Source: an uncultured Candidatus Saccharibacteria bacterium | Lineage (GTDB): Bacteria > Patescibacteriota > Minisyncoccia > Minisyncoccales > CSSED10-335 | Assembly: GCA_964586065.1 (NCBI GenBank) | Contig: CAZPFW010000001.1 | Coordinates: 195,614 to 259,613 of the forward strand | Length of the DNA: 64,000 bases | Direction of reading: 5' to 3' | Part shown: piece after piece, positions 48,221 through 55,304 of the stretch | Layout: every line of letters begins with the position of its first letter | Numbering within the stretch: position 1 is the stretch's first letter | Notes under the pieces: generated by a model | Told to the model about the DNA's origin: nothing | The model's database searches: none | What the model saw: only the letters and a program-made list of their open reading frames with translations | Program-made: the position numbers and the translations under genes

Positions 48221-49039
48221 TTATTTAAAATAAATTGCTTTATCTAGTTTCTTAAATAAAAAATTCAGAAAAGATAGTAAATCTAGTGTTTCATCTCTAT
48301 CAATTGGCCAATCCAACGCTGGCTCGTGAGCCTGGGGATTACGAATGGCTCTCATCAGCCCAACTGAGAGATGCATGACACCCTCCTGTTCATTCTTTTC
48401 CATCCTGGTTTACTGAGCATTAAGTTTAAGGGTTCCATTAAGCGCCAACACATTCTCCATTAAACGCGATCCATATTCCTGCGACGAGGATTTTTCTTGG
48501 ACATCTTTATCGTAGACTTTGCAGCATTCAAATACCGCGTGGAAATAATTACCTTCGGTAAACAATTTTCTTGCGTGCTGATTAATTTTGTTATGGAAAC
48601 GACGTTCATCAAATATCTTGGCGTTCTCCGGTATTGTTTTGGTAAGAGACGTTGCCTTCTCATTGGACTTCCTTAGCTTACCGTCCTCGCCAACTAACAG
48701 ACCATAGAATTTAAGAATTTGATTTACTTGTTTGCAAATTTCCTCGTGTCTTTCTGGCACGGAAAAATACTCCTGAGGATCGCATAACTGTTGAATCAGT
48801 TTTGCAATGTTAAACGTGCCATAAGTTTGTTTCTGCATTGCCTCGAGCGAGGCATAAACAAAACGCCATTTGGTTCCGCCATCGTGGGTTATCTCCGGAA
48901 AACCAGCCTTGCGAAAAAGCTCGGTTATTTCCGATCCGGTGTAGTTATCCCCAATTATTTTAGACAGCGCTTCAAGCGCAGATAATTTGAATGGTTCTAA
49001 TTCCATATTCACTACATTTTCAAATAATTCACTATCCAC
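48221..49039 (-). pseudogene. TIGR02391/Hypoth_Ymh-family (HEPN-type) protein interrupted by one in-frame TAA (48410-48412)
   Basis: ORFs 48410-49039 and 48221-48403 are in the same frame (..LKLNAQ * TR MEKNEQEGVMHLSVGLMRAIRNPQAHEP..). The family's conserved block (FTEGNYFHAVFECCKVYDKDVQEKS..G..LM..V...LKLN....EQEG...L..G....IRNPQAH) spans the stop. RNPQAH is an Rx4H HEPN motif. Confidence 0.75.
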
Positions 49040-49107
49040 TTCCGTTTTCGTAAGATTTTCGGTATACTATGAATATATCACTTGGAGATAAAACATCAAT
49101 CACACTT

Positions 49108-49584
49108 ATGGCCATTCCGATAACAAAAAGACAAAAAGAAGTCCTAGACTTCATAAAAGGCTTTATCCGAGATAAAGGCTACTCCCCAACCTTAGAGGAG
49201 ATAAGGAAAAAATTGCAGCTGTCCGCAGTGTCTACGGTGCACCAGCACATTGACGCTTTGATTGATAAAGGTTACATCAAGAAATTTAATAACCTGGCCC
49301 GGGCTATTGAGATAAATGATTTTAATGAAAAAAGGCAAAATAATTTTATTGAAATTCCCTTGCTGGGAATGATTGCCGCCGGTGAGCCGATAGAGGCCAT
49401 CGAAATACCAGAGACAGTTTCAATTCCCAAAGAATTAACCGCCGGCCAGGGACGACATTATGCCCTAAGGGTCCGAGTCGTGAACAACGTTAGAACTATC
49501 ATACAAGATCAAAAAAGACATGTTTGTCTCCCCAATCTGGAGAACTATACCAAGTTTACATTAATTAAAAAAGAGTGTGATTGA
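49108..49584 (+). CDS. LexA-like repressor fragment: N-terminal winged-HTH plus AAGEP cleavage-site linker, S24 peptidase domain missing
   Basis: ITKRQKEVLDFIKGFIRDKGYSPTLEEIRKKLQLSAVSTVHQHIDALIDKGYIKK..IPLLGMIAAGEPIEA..HYALRV is LexA-like. After about nt 49477 the frame reads unrelated sequence (VVNNVRTIIQDQ..) and stops. No Ser/Lys catalytic motifs in any frame downstream. Confidence 0.7.
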   Translation: MAIPITKRQKEVLDFIKGFIRDKGYSPTLEEIRKKLQLSAVSTVHQHIDALIDKGYIKKFNNLARAIEINDFNEKRQNNFIEIPLLGMIAAGEPIEAIEIPETVSIPKELTAGQGRHYALRVRVVNNVRTIIQDQKRHVCLPNLENYTKFTLIKKECD

Positions 49585-49713
49585 ATTAAGTCTAAACGAA
49601 ACACCCTTATCTCTCTTGCCCATAAATGAAAAGGCACCGCTAAGGGACAAAACCCAGAGAAGTGCCTTTTCGTAATGATCCTGTTCTTATTTTAATCGCT
49701 TAGCTATTTCTTG

Positions 49714-50220
49714 TCAACCCCTGCCTACCCCCTTAGTGTACTCTAACTTGCCTCTCAGGTTTTCTATAAAGTCTATTCTCTCTTTAGCTTTTTTTCGTAA
49801 AAGAATGGAGCACTTTTCTTTCCCTGGGCTTAAGACTGTTTTTAACTTGCCCTCTCCATAAAGATATTCAACCAAAGAATAGAAATCGCCATCGCTTGAA
49901 ACTATCACAGCCTTATCATACCTATCAAAGTTAATCATCACTTGTAAGACCAGATCTGCATCAATATTACCCTTTGCCCTTCCACTGTGATCTTTGATGA
50001 TAGGTTTAAAGATAAGCTCGTATCCGTATTTTTGTAAGTTAGTATAAAGTCTTTGGTTTTCTAGTAAGTAGCCAATAAAAAGATATGTCGTTTTAACTGA
50101 ATATTTTTCTTTAAGATAGGTGTTAAATCTCTTAAAGTCTAATTTCCATCCAAGCTCCTCAATGCCCATTTTCAAATTTTGGCTGTCGATAAAGGCGTAA
50201 TTATTTTCCTCTCTTTTCAT
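49714..50220 (-). CDS. NYN-domain (LabA/DUF88-like, PIN-fold) protein
   Basis: NYAFIDSQNL.., GNIDADLVLQVM, AVIVSSDGDFYSLVEYL are the NYN acidic motifs. Confidence 0.8.
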   Translation of the reverse strand: MKREENNYAFIDSQNLKMGIEELGWKLDFKRFNTYLKEKYSVKTTYLFIGYLLENQRLYTNLQKYGYELIFKPIIKDHSGRAKGNIDADLVLQVMINFDRYDKAVIVSSDGDFYSLVEYLYGEGKLKTVLSPGKEKCSILLRKKAKERIDFIENLRGKLEYTKGVGRG

Positions 50221-50279
50221 GCTTGGATTATATCATAAAAGTAACAAAAAATCCGAGTTCTTAACTCGAATCAATTTTG

Positions 50280-50625
50280 CTCCGCGGGTAGGATTCGAAC
50301 CTACGACCAACCGGTTACAATTGCCTCCAAATTTCTTTGAAGATTGGACTATATCATTTCCCAATATCTGTTGGGAATCGGGCGCTTCCTTCAGCTCATT
50401 TGACGCCAAAGTACTCCATTTTAGGATAGTCTCTGCACCTTCCTTGATGAAGATCAAGGCTTGGCTCAGGATTGCCTTATGTTAGATACACTTAGGTTTC
50501 CCTGAATTCACCCGATTTTTCAACCACAGTTACCTGTAGAAGCTGCAACTTGGTATAAAGCTTTGACTAAGAATGAAAGATATACCTCTTTACAGCCGGT
50601 CGCTCTACCACTGAGCTACCGCGGA
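50280..50625 (-). tRNA. tRNA-Asn(GUU) interrupted in the anticodon loop by a group I intron (exons 50625-50592 and 50317-50280)
   Basis: Exons join to TCCGCGGTAGCTCAGTGGTAGAGCGACCGGCTGT|TAACCGGTTGGTCGTAGGTTCGAATCCTACCCGCGGAG. This gives a perfect 7-bp acceptor stem (U1-A72), G73 discriminator, 5-nt variable loop and anticodon loop CUGUUAA. It is near-identical in pattern to Bacillus-type tRNA-Asn as I remember it. No encoded CCA. Confidence 0.85.
50318..50591 (-). ncRNA. Group I self-splicing intron, IC3-like (tRNA-intron family), 274 nt, no ORF
   Basis: Core blocks as in the cyanobacterial tRNA-Leu and Azoarcus tRNA introns: CAGGGAAACCUAAG (50504-50491), AAGGCAAUCCUGAGCCAAGCC (50478-50458), GGAAGGUGCAGAGACU (50443-50428), AGUCCAAUCUUCAAAG. 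P1 is exon GGCUGU (50597-50592) with IGS GCAGCU (50546-50541), with U.G at the splice site. The intron ends in G (50318). GNRA-capped hairpin CUACAG-GUAA-CUGUGG (50539-50524). Confidence 0.85.
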
Positions 50626-50681
50626 ATATTTATTCAATTATCAACGAAACAATCTCACTATAGCTAAAACAATGAAATTTC

Positions 50682-51971
50682 TCAATAGCCTTTAAGCTTC
50701 TTAACTGACTCATGCATTCTTATCTTTTCCAAGGACTTTGCTTCAATCTGTCTTATCCTCTCTCTGGTCACTCCAAAAACTTTACCCACCTCCTCAAGAG
50801 TATGAGTTACTTCATCTTCAAGTCCAAATCTCATTGAAAGAATCTTCTGTTCTCGAGGACTTAAATCAACCAAGATATCCTCAAGTCTTTCTCTTAACAA
50901 ACTTCTGGCGGCTTCAAGTGACGGAGGAGCTGTCTTACTGTCTTTTATGAAGTCGGCCAATATACTGCTATCGGCATCGTCACTCACCGGAGCTTCCAAG
51001 GAAGCCGTTCTTTGGAATATTTTTGTAATATGGTTAACTTTGTCCACCGGCAAGCCCATTTCTGCAGCCACCTCTTCTGTTGTGGGTTCTCTACCCAAAC
51101 TTTGTAAAAGCTCTCTTCTTATCTTGCTGTATTTTGATATCGTCTCGATCATATGAACCGGAATTCTGATTGTTCTTGCTTGATCGGCCAAAGCTCTGTT
51201 TATCGCTTGTCTTATCCACCAAGTGGCATAAGTTGAGAATTTATACCCCCTTCTCCAATCAAACTTCTCAACCGCCCTGAAAAGCCCCAAGTTTCCTTCT
51301 TGAATAAGATCAAGCAGAGTCAAATTATTGGATTTGCCAATGTATTTTTTGGCGATTGAGACTACTAATCGAAGGTTGGCTTGAATAAGCCTTGACGTTG
51401 CTTGAGAATCTCCTTTCTCTATCCTCCTGGCCAACTCTTTTTCTTCGTCCGCAGTTAAGAATGAAGTTTGTGATATCTCTTTCAAGTATATCTGTATGGG
51501 ATCAACTTTAAGCTTCAGATCCTCCTTGTACTTCTTCTTGTCCGACTCTATCTCTAAAAGACCCTTTCTCTCTTTTATCTCAATTCCGTAAGTTGCCAGA
51601 TCGTCAATCAAGAGTTCAAGTCCTTTGATGTCTTTTTCCATATTTGGGAATATCGCTATTATCTCCGACAGAGTAACAAATCCTCTTGATCTGCCTTTGT
51701 CAAAAAGAGTCTCCTTTCTCTCTTTGGTAAAAACTTCCACCTTCTTTGTTCTTTTTTTAGTCGCGCTTTTCTTTGATGACTTTTCAGTTACTTTCTTAGT
51801 AACGGGTTTCTTGGCTGTGATTTTCGGCGAAGTCTTCTTGACTGCGGTCTTCTTCGGTGTGGTCTTCTTGGCTGCAACCTTCTTTGATTCGGTTTTTTTG
51901 GTTACAGGCTTATTTGCTGCACCCTTTTTTGCAGTCAATTTCTTCTTTGTTTTTGGTTTTTTAGTTGCCAT
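50682..51971 (-). CDS. rpoD: Primary RNA polymerase sigma factor with ~80-aa lysine/alanine/threonine-rich N-terminal tail
   Basis: Region 2 [13 protein letters not shown], region 3, region 4.2 [24 protein letters not shown]-terminus [45 protein letters not shown]... Confidence 0.9.
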   Translation of the reverse strand: MATKKPKTKKKLTAKKGAANKPVTKKTESKKVAAKKTTPKKTAVKKTSPKITAKKPVTKKVTEKSSKKSATKKRTKKVEVFTKERKETLFDKGRSRGFVTLSEIIAIFPNMEKDIKGLELLIDDLATYGIEIKERKGLLEIESDKKKYKEDLKLKVDPIQIYLKEISQTSFLTADEEKELARRIEKGDSQATSRLIQANLRLVVSIAKKYIGKSNNLTLLDLIQEGNLGLFRAVEKFDWRRGYKFSTYATWWIRQAINRALADQARTIRIPVHMIETISKYSKIRRELLQSLGREPTTEEVAAEMGLPVDKVNHITKIFQRTASLEAPVSDDADSSILADFIKDSKTAPPSLEAARSLLRERLEDILVDLSPREQKILSMRFGLEDEVTHTLEEVGKVFGVTRERIRQIEAKSLEKIRMHESVKKLKGY

Positions 51972-51983
51972 GTGTCTTTATAA

Positions 51984-53690
51984 TTAACGATTTGAAAGAG
52001 ATTGTGTTATAACATTAAATTCTTTGGTTAATTCTTCTATCTTCAGATCATCCCTCTTTGCTTCAGCCTCCCTTATCTTATTGCTTATCTCTTTTAACTT
52101 CTTTTTTAAAACCACCGATCGAAGCTCATTCCAACACTGATTAAAATCTTCTTCAATGTCGATGTCGGTTTCTTCGACCTCCATCTTCATAATCAGAAAA
52201 TCAATAACCTCTTTCTCTTCTCCTTTTGTCTCGTTTGATTTAAGAGCTTTGATTATCCTCTGCCCTTTTTCAGATAAAAGTTCTTCTTCGGTAAACTCTT
52301 TTAAGAGTTCAGAGTGAGCTGAAAATATCATCAATAACCTCTCTTCGATCAACTCTTCTCTGCTTCTTGTAATTTTTGGAGCGGGAGAATGACTTCTGTA
52401 AGGCTCATCTTTTTTTATCTTGCCCATTTCGGACAAAACGTCTTCCTCTCTTACTCCCAATCTATGAGCCAACTTCTGAACCCAAGAACCTCTCTCTATG
52501 TCATTGAATATTATTGCAATCTTCGGCAAAAGCTCCGACGCTATCTTTTTCCTGTCTTCGGGATCAGAGGGATCTTTATCTGAAAAAGCCCTTTCAAACC
52601 TGAAATCCATTATTGATATTGACTCTTTGACTGATCTTATCCAATCTTCTGGATTTTTTAAGATCATATCGGCTGGATCAAGTCCCGGAAGCAGTGACGC
52701 TACTTTAACGTTAAAACCTTGAGCAATCGCCATATCAACGCCTTTGTCAGTAGCTGATCCTCCCGCTTCATCCATATCAAATGCGGTTACAAGGTTATCG
52801 GAATATCTCTTTATCACAGCAAGCTGATCTTCCGTCAGTGCCGTCCCTGATGTCGATACGGTATTTGTAAGTCCAGCTTTATGAGACATTATCACATCAG
52901 TATATCCTTCGGTTAATATGCAAAAATCATTCTTCCTAATATCTATCTTGGCTTTATCTAATCCGTAAAGAACCTTGCTCTTATTGTATAAGATTGTGTT
53001 GGGGGTGTTCAGATACTTGGCCTCATCTCTTTTCTTGCCGTCTTCTTCAAATAATCTTCCGCCAAATCCGATCGGTTGAGAGCTAAAGTCAAATATCGGA
53101 AAGATAATCCTACCCCTGAACCTGTTAAAGTGTTTTGAAGATCCTTCTCTTCTTCCGGCCAAGCCAGCCTGCATGACTTCTTCACCCGAATAACCCTTAT
53201 CGCGAAGAAATATGATTAAATCATCCCAGCTGTCGGGAGCATAACCTATTCTCCATAACTTTATCTCATCTTGTCCTATTCCTCTCTTTTTAAGGTAATC
53301 TGTAACATCGGATCTACTCTTTATCTTATCTTCGTAGAACCTATTGGCCCATTCACAGATCTCATAGACTCTTTGCCTCTCCGATCTGATCTTAGGATCT
53401 TGCTTCTTCAACTCAACTCCTGTTTTAGCGGCTAAAATCCTTAGAGCATCGGCAAATTCGACGCCCTCAATCTTCATAACAAAGCTGAAAATATCACCTC
53501 CTTCCGAGCAAGAGCCAAAGCAATGCCATCTCTGACGTACCGGATTTACGAAGAAAGAAGGTGTTTTTTCGGAGTGAAAAGGGCAGAGAGCACGATAATT
53601 TACTCCCGCTTTCTCAAGTTTAACATACTCTCTTACAAGATCCACAATATCGAGTCTATTTCGTATCTCTTCTATTGGGGAATTGATCAT
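51984..53690 (-). CDS. dnaG: DNA primase
   Basis: Zinc-binding CPFHSEKTPSFFVNP..WHCFGC-type motif (ALCPFHSEKTPSF..WHCFGSCSEGG) and TOPRIM ILTEGYTDV..DMDEAG; dnaG-rpoD order. Confidence 0.92.
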   Translation of the reverse strand: MINSPIEEIRNRLDIVDLVREYVKLEKAGVNYRALCPFHSEKTPSFFVNPVRQRWHCFGSCSEGGDIFSFVMKIEGVEFADALRILAAKTGVELKKQDPKIRSERQRVYEICEWANRFYEDKIKSRSDVTDYLKKRGIGQDEIKLWRIGYAPDSWDDLIIFLRDKGYSGEEVMQAGLAGRREGSSKHFNRFRGRIIFPIFDFSSQPIGFGGRLFEEDGKKRDEAKYLNTPNTILYNKSKVLYGLDKAKIDIRKNDFCILTEGYTDVIMSHKAGLTNTVSTSGTALTEDQLAVIKRYSDNLVTAFDMDEAGGSATDKGVDMAIAQGFNVKVASLLPGLDPADMILKNPEDWIRSVKESISIMDFRFERAFSDKDPSDPEDRKKIASELLPKIAIIFNDIERGSWVQKLAHRLGVREEDVLSEMGKIKKDEPYRSHSPAPKITRSREELIEERLLMIFSAHSELLKEFTEEELLSEKGQRIIKALKSNETKGEEKEVIDFLIMKMEVEETDIDIEEDFNQCWNELRSVVLKKKLKEISNKIREAEAKRDDLKIEELTKEFNVITQSLSNR

Positions 53691-53781
53691 CTTATGTTAT
53701 AATCAAGGCAATCCTCTACTCATTAACCAGATCGCCTATGACGCATCTATTATAATCAATTTTTATCTTTTTTCAAATAAG

Positions 53782-55302
53782 ATGATGACTGTTTCGTTAA
53801 AGAATATAAAAAAACTAATTCCGAGCTCTAAAAACTTAAAAATTCTGATGGTGGCCACTGAAGCGGCCCCGTTTGCCAAGGCTGGCGGATTGGGAGATGT
53901 GGTCCACTCTCTATCTTTAGCTCTTAGAGATCTCTGTCAAGACGTTAGAGTATTTATTCCTTATTATGGCACTATCAGCAGAGAAGACTACAAAGTTACG
54001 GATGAGATTGAAAAATTGAAAGTGCCAACAGATCAATCGGGAGATAATTCATTTTTAATCTGTGCCGTTAAAAAATATGTCGGAAAAGAGTCCGCTCCCA
54101 CCTACTTTTTGGAGAATATGGAGTATTATGAACAAAGAGCAAATGTTTACGGCTATTCCGACGATCATATAAGATGGATTTTGCTCTGTCGCGGAGTTAT
54201 AGAATTTCTTTTGAAATCTCCTTGGAAGCCCGATGTAATAGTGGCATCAGACTGGCAGACTGGTTTAATCTCTAACTATCTTAAAACCAAGTTTAAAGAC
54301 GATCCCGATCTCTCTAAAATAGCAACCATATTCGCTATTCATAATATGCAGTATCAAGGAATGAGCGATTTCAAGTTTATGCCAGAATCGGAGAAAGACG
54401 CCGGTAAAGAAGCTATTCCTGAATTCTTTAATCCAAGGCTGGTCAAATTCAATTGGCTTCTTAGAGGGGTCCTTCATAGTGATTTAATTACAACGGTAAG
54501 CCCCAATTACGCAAAAGAGATAATGACACCGGAGTTTGGAGAAGGACTAGATAAGATCTTTAAAGAGAAAAGAGACAAGGTATATGGAATATTGAACGGA
54601 ATCAGCCAAGATCACAACAGCCCGGAACTTCCCTCTTTGGTAAAAACGATATACACATCCAGAAACATATCGGGTAAAAAAGATAACAAGATATTCCTCC
54701 AAGAAAGATTCGGGCTCCCTCAAGATCCGAATCTCTTTTTAATGTGCATGGTTACCAGGTTCACCGAACAAAAAGGGTTTGATTTGTTTGAAAAGGCCGG
54801 TGAACCGATATTTAAGCATCTTCCGGTACAGATGATTGTTGTCGGTGACGGAGAGGCAAGATACAAAGAGCTGATCAAGTCTTTGTCAGACAAGTATCCT
54901 GATAAGATAAGTTATTCTTTTCATTTTGACCCGGATATACCTCATTTAATATTCAGCGGGTCCGATTCTCTACTTATGCCGTCCAAATTTGAGCCTTGCG
55001 GGATAGCTCAAATGCAAGCGATGAGATACGGTTGTGTCCCGATAGTAAGAAAGACCGGGGGTTTGGCTAGTACAGTCAAAGATTATGACCCCGCCAAGAG
55101 AACGGGAGATGGTTTTGTCTTTAAAGATTACGACCCCATGGCTTTTTTTGCTTCAATCGTTAGAGCTACCACCCTCTTTCAACTTAAAAATCATTGGAAC
55201 CAAATTGTAAGAAGGGCGATGAGAAGAGATTTTTCTTGGGAAAAGTCGGCTAAGGAGTATTTGGTTGCATTCACTCAAGCTATTAAAAATAAGAATTCTT
55301 AA
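53782..55302 (+). CDS. glgA: Glycogen/starch synthase (GT5), copy 1
   Basis: KILMVATEAAPFAKAGGLGDVV (KxGGL motif), C-terminal PSKFEPCGIAQMQAMRYG. Start preferred at MMTVS (53782) rather than 53683, which would overlap dnaG. Confidence 0.85.
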   Translation: MMTVSLKNIKKLIPSSKNLKILMVATEAAPFAKAGGLGDVVHSLSLALRDLCQDVRVFIPYYGTISREDYKVTDEIEKLKVPTDQSGDNSFLICAVKKYVGKESAPTYFLENMEYYEQRANVYGYSDDHIRWILLCRGVIEFLLKSPWKPDVIVASDWQTGLISNYLKTKFKDDPDLSKIATIFAIHNMQYQGMSDFKFMPESEKDAGKEAIPEFFNPRLVKFNWLLRGVLHSDLITTVSPNYAKEIMTPEFGEGLDKIFKEKRDKVYGILNGISQDHNSPELPSLVKTIYTSRNISGKKDNKIFLQERFGLPQDPNLFLMCMVTRFTEQKGFDLFEKAGEPIFKHLPVQMIVVGDGEARYKELIKSLSDKYPDKISYSFHFDPDIPHLIFSGSDSLLMPSKFEPCGIAQMQAMRYGCVPIVRKTGGLASTVKDYDPAKRTGDGFVFKDYDPMAFFASIVRATTLFQLKNHWNQIVRRAMRRDFSWEKSAKEYLVAFTQAIKNKNS

Positions 55303-55304
55303 AA

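Noticed and set aside
48460-48663. 67-aa minus-strand ORF in an alternative frame inside the Ymh gene
   Set aside because: It gives an Arg/Lys-rich out-of-frame translation and overlaps the frame that carries the family-conserved residues.
49040-49107. SOS box in the lexA-fragment/operon intergenic region
   Set aside because: Neither CTGT-N8-ACAG nor GAAC-N4-GTTC is present. There are only two TTTTCG direct repeats 11 bp apart, which I do not consider evidence of an operator.
49713-49724. 12-mer TGTCAACCCCTG repeated at 49713 and 63147
   Set aside because: A single 12-nt match in 64 kb is expected by chance, and there is no extended similarity on either side.
42554-50300. Classical integrative island (integrase plus att direct repeat of the tRNA 3' end)
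   Set aside because: No recombinase-like ORF is present. I could not find a copy of GGATTCGAACCTACG or the acceptor arm near 42.5-42.8 kb. I therefore describe it only as an eroded hotspot.
50219-50485. 88-aa plus-strand and 74-aa minus-strand ORFs (50233-50457)
   Set aside because: Both fall inside the tRNA-Asn 3' exon and group I intron. The RNA interpretation explains the whole interval, including conserved ribozyme core strings.
50280-50625. Alternative identities for the split tRNA: Thr(UGU/GGU) or Tyr(GUA), depending on where the exons are joined
   Set aside because: Only the CUGU|UAA junction puts a U before the 5' splice site, paired to G in a 6-bp P1, and a G as the last intron base. 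Tyr would need a long variable arm, and here it is 5 nt. U1-A72 plus G73 fit Asn.
53683-53781. Long N-terminal extensions given by the ORF track for glgA (53683), malQ (58085), argS (17829) and the ZnuC-like gene (30787)
   Set aside because: The extensions overlap upstream genes or precede the conserved N-termini. Internal ATGs (53782, 58169, 17784, 30754) fit homologous starts and overlap-coupling patterns.
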